Shown piece by piece: positions 1 to 7,528 of a stretch of 15,585 nucleotides of DNA. Where the stretch lies: NCBI GenBank assembly GCA_050012475.1, contig JBEKHC010000111.1, positions 1-15,585 on the forward strand, given 5' to 3'. Below the pieces are notes generated by a model, which was not told the DNA's origin, made no database searches, and saw only the letters and a list, made by a program, of their open reading frames with translations. This stretch comes from Candidatus Velthaea sp. Lineage in GTDB: Bacteria > Vulcanimicrobiota > Vulcanimicrobiia > Vulcanimicrobiales > Vulcanimicrobiaceae. Made by a program: the position numbers and the translations under genes. How positions within the stretch are numbered: position 1 is the first letter of the stretch; every line of letters starts with the position of its first letter.

Positions 1-2
1 CG

Positions 3-848
3 GACATCTACTCCGACGGTTTGGCCGAGGAAATCTTGGGCAAGGCGATCGCCGGACGCCGCGACCGCGTCCTCATCTCGACCAAGGGCGCGTTCCGCAC
101 CGGAGCGGGTTCCAACGATATCGGCACCTCGCGCTGGGCGCTGATCCGCGCCGTGGACGCGAGCCTGCGCCGCTTGGGCACCGACTACATCGACATCTAT
201 CAACTCCACGGTTTCGATCCGCAGCCGGCATTCGAGGAGACCCTCGATACGCTCGATACGCTCGTGCGCGCCGGCAAGATTCGCATCATCGGTTGTTCGA
301 ATTACTCGGGCTGGCACCTGATGAAATCGCTGGCGGTGTCGGCGCGTTACGGCTGGGCGCGCTTCAACGTGCACCAAGCGTACTATTCGCTCGTCGGGCG
401 CGATTTCGAGTGGGAGCTGATGCCGTTGGGCATCGAGGAGGGCGTCGGGACGTTGGTCTGGAGCCCGCTGGGTTGGGGACGCCTGACGGGCAAAATCCGG
501 CGCGGCCAGCCGCCGCCGGCGACGAGCCGTTTACCGGCGACTGCGGATATGGGCCCGCCCGTCGACGACGAGTACGCGTACTGCGTCGTCGACGCGCTCG
601 ACGACGTCGCGCGTGAAACGGGCAAATCGGTGCCGCAGATCGCGCTCAATTGGCTCGCGCAGCGCCCGACGGTCGCGTCGATCATCATCGGCGCGCGCAC
701 CGAAGAGCAACTGCGGGCCAACCTCGGCGCGGTCGGCTGGACGTTGGCGCCCGAGCTGGTTGCGAAGCTCGATGCCGCAAGCGCGAAGACCCCGGCGTAT
801 CCGTACTGGCACCAGCGCGGTTACGAGCGCAATCCGCCGCCGGTGTAG
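3..848 (+). CDS. Aldo/keto reductase (5'-truncated by window edge)
   Basis: Frame is open from base 3 (DIYSDGLAEEILGKA). AKR motifs: ISTK, SLRRLGTDYIDIYQLH, GKIRIIGCSNY, WSPLGWG, QIALNWL, IIGART. The TTG at 21 in the ORF track is internal. Confidence 0.93.
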   Translation, partial: DIYSDGLAEEILGKAIAGRRDRVLISTKGAFRTGAGSNDIGTSRWALIRAVDASLRRLGTDYIDIYQLHGFDPQPAFEETLDTLDTLVRAGKIRIIGCSNYSGWHLMKSLAVSARYGWARFNVHQAYYSLVGRDFEWELMPLGIEEGVGTLVWSPLGWGRLTGKIRRGQPPPATSRLPATADMGPPVDDEYAYCVVDALDDVARETGKSVPQIALNWLAQRPTVASIIIGARTEEQLRANLGAVGWTLAPELVAKLDAASAKTPAYPYWHQRGYERNPPPV

Positions 849-856
849 ACCGGCCA

Positions 857-1504
857 ATGACCGGAATCGTCGTGGCAGTCAGTGTTTCCGCGGTGCGCAC
901 CGTCGAGCACCGCGGAGCGTTGATCGCTACCGGCATCTTCAAAACGCCGGTGACGGGGAGCGTGCCGCTGCGCGGCGTGAATCTCGACGGCGACGACCAA
1001 GCCGACCGCGACAATCACGGCGGTCCGATCCGCGCGGCCTATGCCTACGCGGAAGAAGACTACGCGTGGTGGGAACGCACGCTGGATCGCACGCTGCAGC
1101 CCGGCAAATTCGGCGAGAATTTCACCCTGCGCGGCATCGACGTGAGCGGCGCGCTCATCGGCGAACGCTGGCGGCTCGGAACGGCGGTCGTCCAAGTCAC
1201 GTCGCCGCGCGTGCCGTGTTACAAGCTCGCGCTCACGATGGACGATCCGAAGTTCGTGCGAACGTTTGCGCGGGCGCTGCGCCCCGGTGCGTACCTCTCG
1301 ATCGTCGAAGAAGGCCGTGTCGGCAGCGGTGACGCGGCCGAGGTATTGTCGCGTCCCGAGCACCGCTTAACGGTCGCGGAGATGGCCAACATCTATTTTT
1401 TCGATCGAAGCCGGCTGAACGAAATGCTCGTTCCACAGTTGCCGCCGAACTGGCATGACTGGGTGCTCACCGAGCTGGCCGGTAACGTGGCCGACGCTCC
1501 GTGA
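857..1504 (+). CDS. MOSC domain-containing protein, YiiM-like (215 aa)
   Basis: ATG 8 nt after the AKR stop. Motifs TGIFKTPV, GDDQADRDNHGG, FGENFT, IGERWRLG, PRVPCYKL (conserved Cys), GAYLSIVEEG. The ORF-track extension to 650 overlaps the AKR gene and is rejected. Confidence 0.9.
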   Translation: MTGIVVAVSVSAVRTVEHRGALIATGIFKTPVTGSVPLRGVNLDGDDQADRDNHGGPIRAAYAYAEEDYAWWERTLDRTLQPGKFGENFTLRGIDVSGALIGERWRLGTAVVQVTSPRVPCYKLALTMDDPKFVRTFARALRPGAYLSIVEEGRVGSGDAAEVLSRPEHRLTVAEMANIYFFDRSRLNEMLVPQLPPNWHDWVLTELAGNVADAP

Positions 1505-1582
1505 TGCGCCGAGGACGAGATGCCGCGTTGAATCGCACCGCGGCACCGGTGCCGGCGTCACGGGCCGGCTAAGCCGCTGCGC

Positions 1583-2266
1583 ATGAACCCGGGCACTGAG
1601 GAGGACGCGGCGTTGGCTTGGTCGCGGCTCGACGGGGCCGCCCGCCGGAGTTTGGAATTGGCGTTTTCCGCGCTGGTGTCGAACGGCTTGGCGGTGGGCA
1701 GCGTGCTGGTGGATGGCGGCGGAACGATCGTCGCGCAAGGGCGCAACCGCGCGTACGATGCCGGAGGCGGCGACGACCTGCTGCAGGGAACGCCGCTGGC
1801 GCATGCCGAGCTCAACGTGTTAGCAGCCGTCGCAACTGGACTCGATCTTAGCCGGCACACGCTTTGGAGCACGCTCAAGCCATGCAGCATGTGCGATGCG
1901 GCGCTCGCCTTTACGGGCGTCGGCCGGATTCGCTGGCTTGCTCCCGATCCGTCGGCAACCACTGCCGAGCCGGATGCGGAGCGCGAACTGCCGGGGCCGA
2001 TTCGCATCGGGCCCGACGACGACCGATGGCTGATCGTCGCGTCGCTGCTGTTTCTGGCGAGCGTCGTGAGGCGGCGCGGCTTGAAGAACCCAATGGTGCT
2101 CCGCAACGCCCGGCTCGAACCCGAAACGAATGTTTTGCTGAACGAAATTATCGTCGCTCGACAATCGGCCGTGCAGACCTGGAGCCTGTCCGAGCTCCTC
2201 TTTTGCAACTGGGCCGCCGTGCTCGACGCCGCGAGAGCGCGGCGCGCTCGGCGAACGCTCGGCTAA
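1583..2266 (+). CDS. Zn-dependent nucleoside/nucleotide deaminase (CMP/dCMP/TadA-like fold) with C-terminal extension
   Basis: VGSVLVD...GRN, HAE at 1802-1810 and PCSMC at 1880-1894 form the HxE...PCxxC Zn site. No clear SD, so the start is less certain. Confidence 0.85.
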   Translation: MNPGTEEDAALAWSRLDGAARRSLELAFSALVSNGLAVGSVLVDGGGTIVAQGRNRAYDAGGGDDLLQGTPLAHAELNVLAAVATGLDLSRHTLWSTLKPCSMCDAALAFTGVGRIRWLAPDPSATTAEPDAERELPGPIRIGPDDDRWLIVASLLFLASVVRRRGLKNPMVLRNARLEPETNVLLNEIIVARQSAVQTWSLSELLFCNWAAVLDAARARRARRTLG

Positions 2267-2287
2267 CGGCGACACCTCGAGGGCGGC

Positions 2288-2905
2288 TTAGGGCAGTGCG
2301 ACGCGGGCTCCGAGGGCGACGAAGAGCGTGCCGGTGACATAGCGTTCGATCCGCTGTGCCAGCGGATTGCGGCGCCGCCAGCCGTCGAACGTCCCGCCGG
2401 CAAACGCGACGGCGAACAGCACGATGGCGGCGGTCGCGTACCAGAGGCAGCCGAGCTCGGCGATCTGCCAGCCGACGTTGCCGCGCGCCGGTTCGACGAA
2501 CTGTGGCAGAAACGCTAACACGAACAGCGCGACCTTTGGATTGAGCACGTTGGTGATGAACCCTTGAACGAACGGCGACGCCGTCGCCGTGCGCTGCTGC
2601 GGCGCCGGCCCGATTTGCTCGCGGGAGAGCAAGGTTCGCAACCCGAGATAGACGAGGTAGGCCGCGCCGGCATACTTGACGAGCGAAAACAAAAACGCCG
2701 AACGCACGAGCAGTGCCGATAGCCCGATCGAAGCCGCGCCGATGTGGACGAAGCCGCCCGAAATGATGCCGGTGACGGCGATGAACCCGTGGCGCACCCC
2801 GCCCCGCGCACTCTGCGCCAGCACGAACAGCATGTCCGGTCCAGGCATGAACGAGATCGCAAGCATCGCGGGAACGAACAGCAGCAGGGCGTGCGCATCG
2901 AGCAT
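2288..2905 (-). CDS. LysE/RhtB family amino-acid efflux translocator
   Basis: 205 aa, hydrophobic. Motifs PGPDM, KYAGAAYLVYLG, FVQGFITNVLNPKVALF, FLPQFV. Confidence 0.93.
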   Translation of the reverse strand: MLDAHALLLFVPAMLAISFMPGPDMLFVLAQSARGGVRHGFIAVTGIISGGFVHIGAASIGLSALLVRSAFLFSLVKYAGAAYLVYLGLRTLLSREQIGPAPQQRTATASPFVQGFITNVLNPKVALFVLAFLPQFVEPARGNVGWQIAELGCLWYATAAIVLFAVAFAGGTFDGWRRRNPLAQRIERYVTGTLFVALGARVALP

Positions 2906-2947
2906 CGCCGTGACCGTTACGACGGCCGATCGCAGCGCACCCGCGCC

Positions 2948-3871
2948 TCAAGCGTCCGAGAGAAGCGCGAGGCCCAGTGCGGCAGCGCCGATGGCGCGCA
3001 TGCCTTCATCGTGTTCGCGAACGCCGTACTCGGCTTCGAGGATTGCATGATAAAGCGCACGGTAGCGCGCCGCCTGCCAGGTTCGCTCGTCGACACCGCC
3101 GTAGGCGGCGCGGAAAATCGAATGCGCGCGCTGCGGCAACATCAAGTGCGCGATGGCGATATCGAGCGCGCGATCGCCGAAGTGGAGGTCGCCCCAATCG
3201 ATGATACCCGCGGGCTGCATGGAAGCGTCGAGCAACACGTGGCGCGCGTAGAGGTCTCCGTGAACGATCGTGCGATGACGTTCGTCAAGGGCTTGCGGCG
3301 GATTTGCGGCCAGCCACTCGACCGCGCCGCGCGCTCCGGCGATGCCCGCTGCCTCGAGCGTCGGCAGGCGCTCGCGTGCCAGCTGCAAGCGCTTATCGGC
3401 GTCGAGCCGCCCGATCTCATCCGGCGGCAAACCCGCGGCGACGAACTCAGCGGCGTCCAGCTGGTGCAGCGCACGCAAAAAGCGTGCCAGCGGCGCCGCG
3501 AGCAGTGCCCGAACATCGTCACCGAGCGGCACAGCGCACGCTGTCGTTCCCGCGATGCATCGGTAACCTGCGAATGCCCACGGGTAGTCCGCACCGGCGG
3601 CGCCGACGTGCTTCGGTACCGGGATCGGCAGGGGCAGATGCGGCGCCAGTGACGGTAAAATCGCGATCTCACGCTCGATGAGTCGCGCGGCAACGCGACG
3701 GCGCGGAAAGCGAAAGACGAGATCCCCGTCGACCAAGAACGCCGCGTTGTCCCAGCCTGCCCCCAGCGGCTCGATGGTCGCGCGACGCAGGTCGGGAAAC
3801 TGACGAGCGATGAGTCGCCCCGCCAACGCCGCGTCGATGTCGACGTCGGCACTCCAGATTGGCCGGTTCAT
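2948..3871 (-). CDS. APH/choline-kinase-like phosphotransferase (307 aa)
   Basis: Start taken at ATG 3871 (MNRPIWSADV). Motifs LIARQFP, GWDN, VFRFPRR, Brenner-type HGDLYARH, GIIDWGD. The ORF-track extension to 4075 overlaps the upstream kinase. Confidence 0.88.
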   Translation of the reverse strand: MNRPIWSADVDIDAALAGRLIARQFPDLRRATIEPLGAGWDNAAFLVDGDLVFRFPRRRVAARLIEREIAILPSLAPHLPLPIPVPKHVGAAGADYPWAFAGYRCIAGTTACAVPLGDDVRALLAAPLARFLRALHQLDAAEFVAAGLPPDEIGRLDADKRLQLARERLPTLEAAGIAGARGAVEWLAANPPQALDERHRTIVHGDLYARHVLLDASMQPAGIIDWGDLHFGDRALDIAIAHLMLPQRAHSIFRAAYGGVDERTWQAARYRALYHAILEAEYGVREHDEGMRAIGAAALGLALLSDA

Positions 3872-3959
3872 CCGGCAGGGTTCGCGCTGATGCGGCTGTG
3901 CCGCCCGATTCGCCGGGCTCGATTCGCGTTGCGCCGGCCGCGGACGCCAAGCGCACGCG

Positions 3960-5486
3960 TCATGCTTGCGGTAACGGAGTCGCGCGCGCACGCCGCGCGT
4001 ACAACGGCGCGAGCGCAGCGTAGGTGTCGACGTAAAATTGATAGCCTTCGTCATAGACGCCGCGCAGTGCCGCATTCGGTTCGATGCGGTCGGCGCGATG
4101 CACCATCGATGCCGCCGCGCCGCGCAGATCGGTGAACGCGCCGGCGGCGACCGCCGCGCAGATCGCGCTGCCCAGCGCGACGGCGTCGTCGACTGTCGTC
4201 AGTTCGATCGGAATGCCGGCCACGTCGGCGAGAATTTGCAGCCATAAGCGGCTGCGCACGCCGCCGCCGCAGGCGACGATGCGTTGGGTGGGCACGCCTT
4301 TGCGCGCCAGCGCGTCGAGGATGCGTCGATTGCCGTAGGCCGTGCCTTCGTAAACGGCGCGCAGGAGGTGACCGGGGCCGTGACCGGTGGTGAGGCCCCA
4401 GATCGTTCCGCGCGCCGCCGGGTCGCGCACCGGGGTCCGGCTGCCTTGCCAGAAATCCAGCAGCGTCAGGCCTTCCGCGCCTGCCCCGGCTTCCGCTGCG
4501 GCTTCATCGGCGCGCGCGTAGCGTTGTTCGGCCGGCCAGCGGCCGCCGACGAGATCGAGCAGCCAGCGCACCGTGCCGCCAGTGCTGGCCTGACCGGCTT
4601 CAATCGTCCATTCGCCGCCGATGACGGCGTTTTCAAACGGCCCCCAGAGCCCCTCGTCGAACACCGCATCGCGCGACTGCGCCAGCTGACACGTCGAGGT
4701 GCCGGTAATGAGCGCCAGCGAACCGGGGGCAAGGACGTCGATGCCGGCCATCCCGACGTGCGCGTCGATGCCGGTCATCGCGACGGCGATCCCTGCGCGC
4801 AGGCCCAACGTTTGCGCGGCCTGCGCGTTCAAATCGCCGCCGCGGGCACTCAGCGGGACGACCGTGTGCGGCAGTTTTTCGATCGCGTCGTCCAACCCGA
4901 CTGCGTGCATGAGCTCGGTCGGCCAGCCGCCACGGTAGTGCCACTTTGCCGCGGCGCTGTTGAGCGGCGAAACCCATTCGCCGGTCAAGCGCCACGTCAG
5001 CCATGTCATCTGCTCGACGAGCCGTTCGGCGCGCGACCACAGCGCCGGCTCGCGTTCTTTAAGCCACAGCGTTTTCGGCAGCGGCCATTCTGCCGGCACG
5101 ACGCCGCCGCAGTAACGCAGCACTGCTGCGCCCGTCGCGGTCAAACGCCGCGCTTGATCGGCACCCCGCAGATCCATCCACATGAGTGCATTCGTCAGCG
5201 GCGTGCCGGCGTGGTCGGCGAGGAGAATGTCGCAGGGTGAATCGACGGCAAGGCCGATAACGCGCTGCGCGTCGATGCCGCTTTGGTGCATCACGGCCTG
5301 CACCGCGCCGACGAGCGCATCCCACCAATCTTCGGGTTTCTGCTCGGCCCAGCCCGGCTGCGGATAGGCGGTCGTATAGTCGCGGTCGGCGATGCCCAGC
5401 ACGGCGCCGCGCAGGTCGAACAGACCGGCGCGCACGCCGCCGGTGCCCGCGTCGATCCCGAGCACGACCTCATCCGTCACGATCAT
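3960..5486 (-). CDS. FGGY-family carbohydrate kinase, ribulokinase-like
   Basis: LGIDAGTGGVRAG, PGWAEQ, WMDLRG, GIDAH, GTSTC, DFWQGSRTP, RAVYEGTAYG, CGGGVRSRLWLQILADV. SD-like AAGGGA upstream. Substrate not determinable from sequence. Confidence 0.88.
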   Translation of the reverse strand: MIVTDEVVLGIDAGTGGVRAGLFDLRGAVLGIADRDYTTAYPQPGWAEQKPEDWWDALVGAVQAVMHQSGIDAQRVIGLAVDSPCDILLADHAGTPLTNALMWMDLRGADQARRLTATGAAVLRYCGGVVPAEWPLPKTLWLKEREPALWSRAERLVEQMTWLTWRLTGEWVSPLNSAAAKWHYRGGWPTELMHAVGLDDAIEKLPHTVVPLSARGGDLNAQAAQTLGLRAGIAVAMTGIDAHVGMAGIDVLAPGSLALITGTSTCQLAQSRDAVFDEGLWGPFENAVIGGEWTIEAGQASTGGTVRWLLDLVGGRWPAEQRYARADEAAAEAGAGAEGLTLLDFWQGSRTPVRDPAARGTIWGLTTGHGPGHLLRAVYEGTAYGNRRILDALARKGVPTQRIVACGGGVRSRLWLQILADVAGIPIELTTVDDAVALGSAICAAVAAGAFTDLRGAAASMVHRADRIEPNAALRGVYDEGYQFYVDTYAALAPLYARRARATPLPQA

Positions 5487-5635
5487 CGTATCCCTTCACA
5501 CACTGCGACGCCCACAATTCACTGCCGCTTTGCAATCCACCGCCGACCAGCGGCGTTGGCAGCGCACCCGCAAACGACACCGCGGTTCGGCTCGAAGGCC
5601 CGAACACCACAGCGGCGTGGGCGAAGCCCAACGGC

Positions 5636-5662
5636 CAAGGATTGCGCGCAGCGCAATCCTTG
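5636..5662. repeat. Perfect 12-bp inverted repeat directly after the SDR stop codon
   Basis: CAAGGATTGCGC-gca-GCGCAATCCTTG abuts the stop (5663-5665, minus strand). No U-tract follows on the minus strand. Confidence 0.8.
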
Positions 5663-6448
5663 TTACGCCGCGGTGTAGCCGCCGTCGAGCACCAGCACGT
5701 GACCGTTGCACAAGCCGGCCGCGTCCGACGCGAGATACACGACCGCCGCCGCGATCTCGCGCGGTTTGCCGAAGCGGCCGATCGGGATTTTCGCCTTCAT
5801 CGGGCCGCCTTTCTCGGGCGGACCCCAAACGCGTTCGCCCATCGCCGTGAGCACGACGGTAGGCGCGATCGCGTTGACGGTAATTCCGTGCGGCCCCCAT
5901 TCCATCGCAAGGTCGAGCGTCAGCGCGTTGAGCGCGCCCTTCGTCGCGACGTAGGCGGCGTGGTCGAGCATGCCCACGATTCCCGAGATCGACGAGATGT
6001 TGATGATCCGGCCGTAGCCGCGTTCGATCATCCCGCGCGCGAACGTCTGCGCGATGAAGAACGGACCGGTGAGGTTGACCCGCATTTGCAGATCCCAGCT
6101 TTCGCGCGTCACGTCGATCGCCGGCTCGACGACCGACGTCCCGGCGTTGTTGACCAGGATGTCGATGCCGCCGAAGGCGGCATCCGCGCGCTTCGCCAGA
6201 TCGGCGATCGCGTCGCGATCCTCGACGCTGCCCGTCACGCCGAGAAACTGCCGCCCGCGCCCTTTGATCTCGGCTTCGAGTGCGGCCAGTTCGCTTGCGG
6301 TGCGCGCGAAGCCGACGACGTCGGCGCCGTAATCGGCGAGCGCGATCGCAATGTCGTACCCGAGCCCGCGGCTGGCGCCGGTGACTACGGCGCGTTTCCC
6401 CGTCAGGCTGAAATCGACCGGTCCGGTCTTGGCCTGCGTTTGGGTCAT
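5663..6448 (-). CDS. Classical short-chain dehydrogenase/reductase, L-xylulose reductase/D-threitol dehydrogenase-like (261 aa)
   Basis: TGASRGLG, ILVNNAG, NISS, YVATK catalytic motif, NAIAPTVVLT, DGGYT. ATG at 6448 overlaps the upstream TGA (ATGA coupling). Confidence 0.9.
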   Translation of the reverse strand: MTQTQAKTGPVDFSLTGKRAVVTGASRGLGYDIAIALADYGADVVGFARTASELAALEAEIKGRGRQFLGVTGSVEDRDAIADLAKRADAAFGGIDILVNNAGTSVVEPAIDVTRESWDLQMRVNLTGPFFIAQTFARGMIERGYGRIINISSISGIVGMLDHAAYVATKGALNALTLDLAMEWGPHGITVNAIAPTVVLTAMGERVWGPPEKGGPMKAKIPIGRFGKPREIAAAVVYLASDAAGLCNGHVLVLDGGYTAA

Positions 6449-7494
6449 GCGACTTCGACCATCGCTTTGATCACGCCGTCGGCACGCGAATCCGAGAGCA
6501 GCAGCGCGTCTTCGGCTTTCTCGAGCGGAAAGCGATGCGTGATGAGCGATTTCGTGTCGACGCGGCCTTCGGCGACCAACGCAATCGCCGACGGGTAGAC
6601 GTTGGCATACCGGAACACCGTGTAGATGTCGATCTCGCGCGCCATCGCGTACACGAGCGGATAGGGGAAGTTGTCTTCGGGCGGCAAGCCGATCATCACG
6701 ACCTTGCCGCCGCGCTTGGCGGTGCGCACCGCATCGCCGGCGGTGCGCGGCGAGCCGGCGCAGTCGAAGACGATGTCGGCGCCGCGTCCGCCGGTACTCT
6801 CCATGAGCGCGTCGACCGCGTTGCTCGTTTTGGCGTTGAGGGTCGCGGTCGCGCCTAATTTTTTGGCCGTTGCCAGGCGGCCGTCTTCTAAATCGATGAC
6901 CGTGATTGCGCCCGCGCCCGCTGCGCGCGCGACTTGCAGTGTCACTAGGCCGATCGGGCCGGCGCCGAAGACCGCGACGGTTTCGCCGGCTTTGATGCCG
7001 CTGCGATGGATCGCGTACACGCCGACCGACAGCGGCTCCATGAGCGCGCCTTCGTCGAGCGAAACGTTGGCTGGCAACGTGTACGCGAAATCGTCGGCGG
7101 TGACGATGTAGTCGGCCAGCGCGCCGTCGAACGGCGGCGTCGCCATGAACTGCACGTTCGGACACAAATTGTAGCGGCCGCGGCGGCACCATTCGCAAGT
7201 CCGGTCCGGCACGCCGGGTTCGACGGCGACGCGCTCGCCGATGCGCTTGCGGTCCACGCCCGCGCCGACCGCTTCGATCACGCCGGCCATTTCATGCCCG
7301 AGCACGATTGGATTCTCGACGATGAATCCGCCGATGCGTCCGTGCGTGTAATAGTGCACGTCCGAACCGCACACGCCGACGCGGTGCACGCGGACGAGGA
7401 CTTCGTTCGGGCCGGGTTCCGGGCGCGCGCGCTCTTGCATCGACATGACATTTTGCCGTTCGAGGACGGCAACGCGCATTGCGGTTTGGGCCAT
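6445..7494 (-). CDS. Zn-dependent (MDR) polyol dehydrogenase, sorbitol/xylitol dehydrogenase-like (349 aa)
   Basis: SD AAGGAG 6 nt before ATG 7494. Motifs GVCGSDVHYY, LGHE, EPGVP, ATPPFDG, EPLSVG, GAGPIG, VFRYANVYP, LITHRF. Confidence 0.92.
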   Translation of the reverse strand: MAQTAMRVAVLERQNVMSMQERARPEPGPNEVLVRVHRVGVCGSDVHYYTHGRIGGFIVENPIVLGHEMAGVIEAVGAGVDRKRIGERVAVEPGVPDRTCEWCRRGRYNLCPNVQFMATPPFDGALADYIVTADDFAYTLPANVSLDEGALMEPLSVGVYAIHRSGIKAGETVAVFGAGPIGLVTLQVARAAGAGAITVIDLEDGRLATAKKLGATATLNAKTSNAVDALMESTGGRGADIVFDCAGSPRTAGDAVRTAKRGGKVVMIGLPPEDNFPYPLVYAMAREIDIYTVFRYANVYPSAIALVAEGRVDTKSLITHRFPLEKAEDALLLSDSRADGVIKAMVEVA

Positions 7495-7528
7495 GATGAT
7501 CTCCTTGGAAGTGTTCGTGATCGTGAAA

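Noticed and set aside
243..264. Tandem 9-mer CTCGATACG x2.4 in the first AKR gene
   Set aside because: Encodes TLDTLDTL at a normal-length AKR helix (EETLxxLDxLVRAGK); no insertion or frameshift.
650..856. N-terminal extension of the MOSC ORF (similarly the extensions of the APH, SDR, MDR, LacI, binding-protein and ATPase ORFs in the track)
   Set aside because: These overlap neighbouring genes or promoter DNA and lack family motifs; better internal starts with SD or ATGA coupling exist.
2948..3871. Calling the APH-like gene an aminoglycoside resistance determinant
   Set aside because: Only superfamily motifs are visible; there is no mobile context and no recognisable match to a characterised APH.
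5626..5668. attC-like appearance (GCCCAAC ... GTTACGC around a hairpin)
   Set aside because: Only 43 bp, imperfect GTTRRRY, overlaps the SDR coding end, and no integrase or second copy is present.
5642..6598. 318-aa antisense ORF over the SDR
   Set aside because: Shadow frame expected from GC-rich codon bias; no recognisable motifs.
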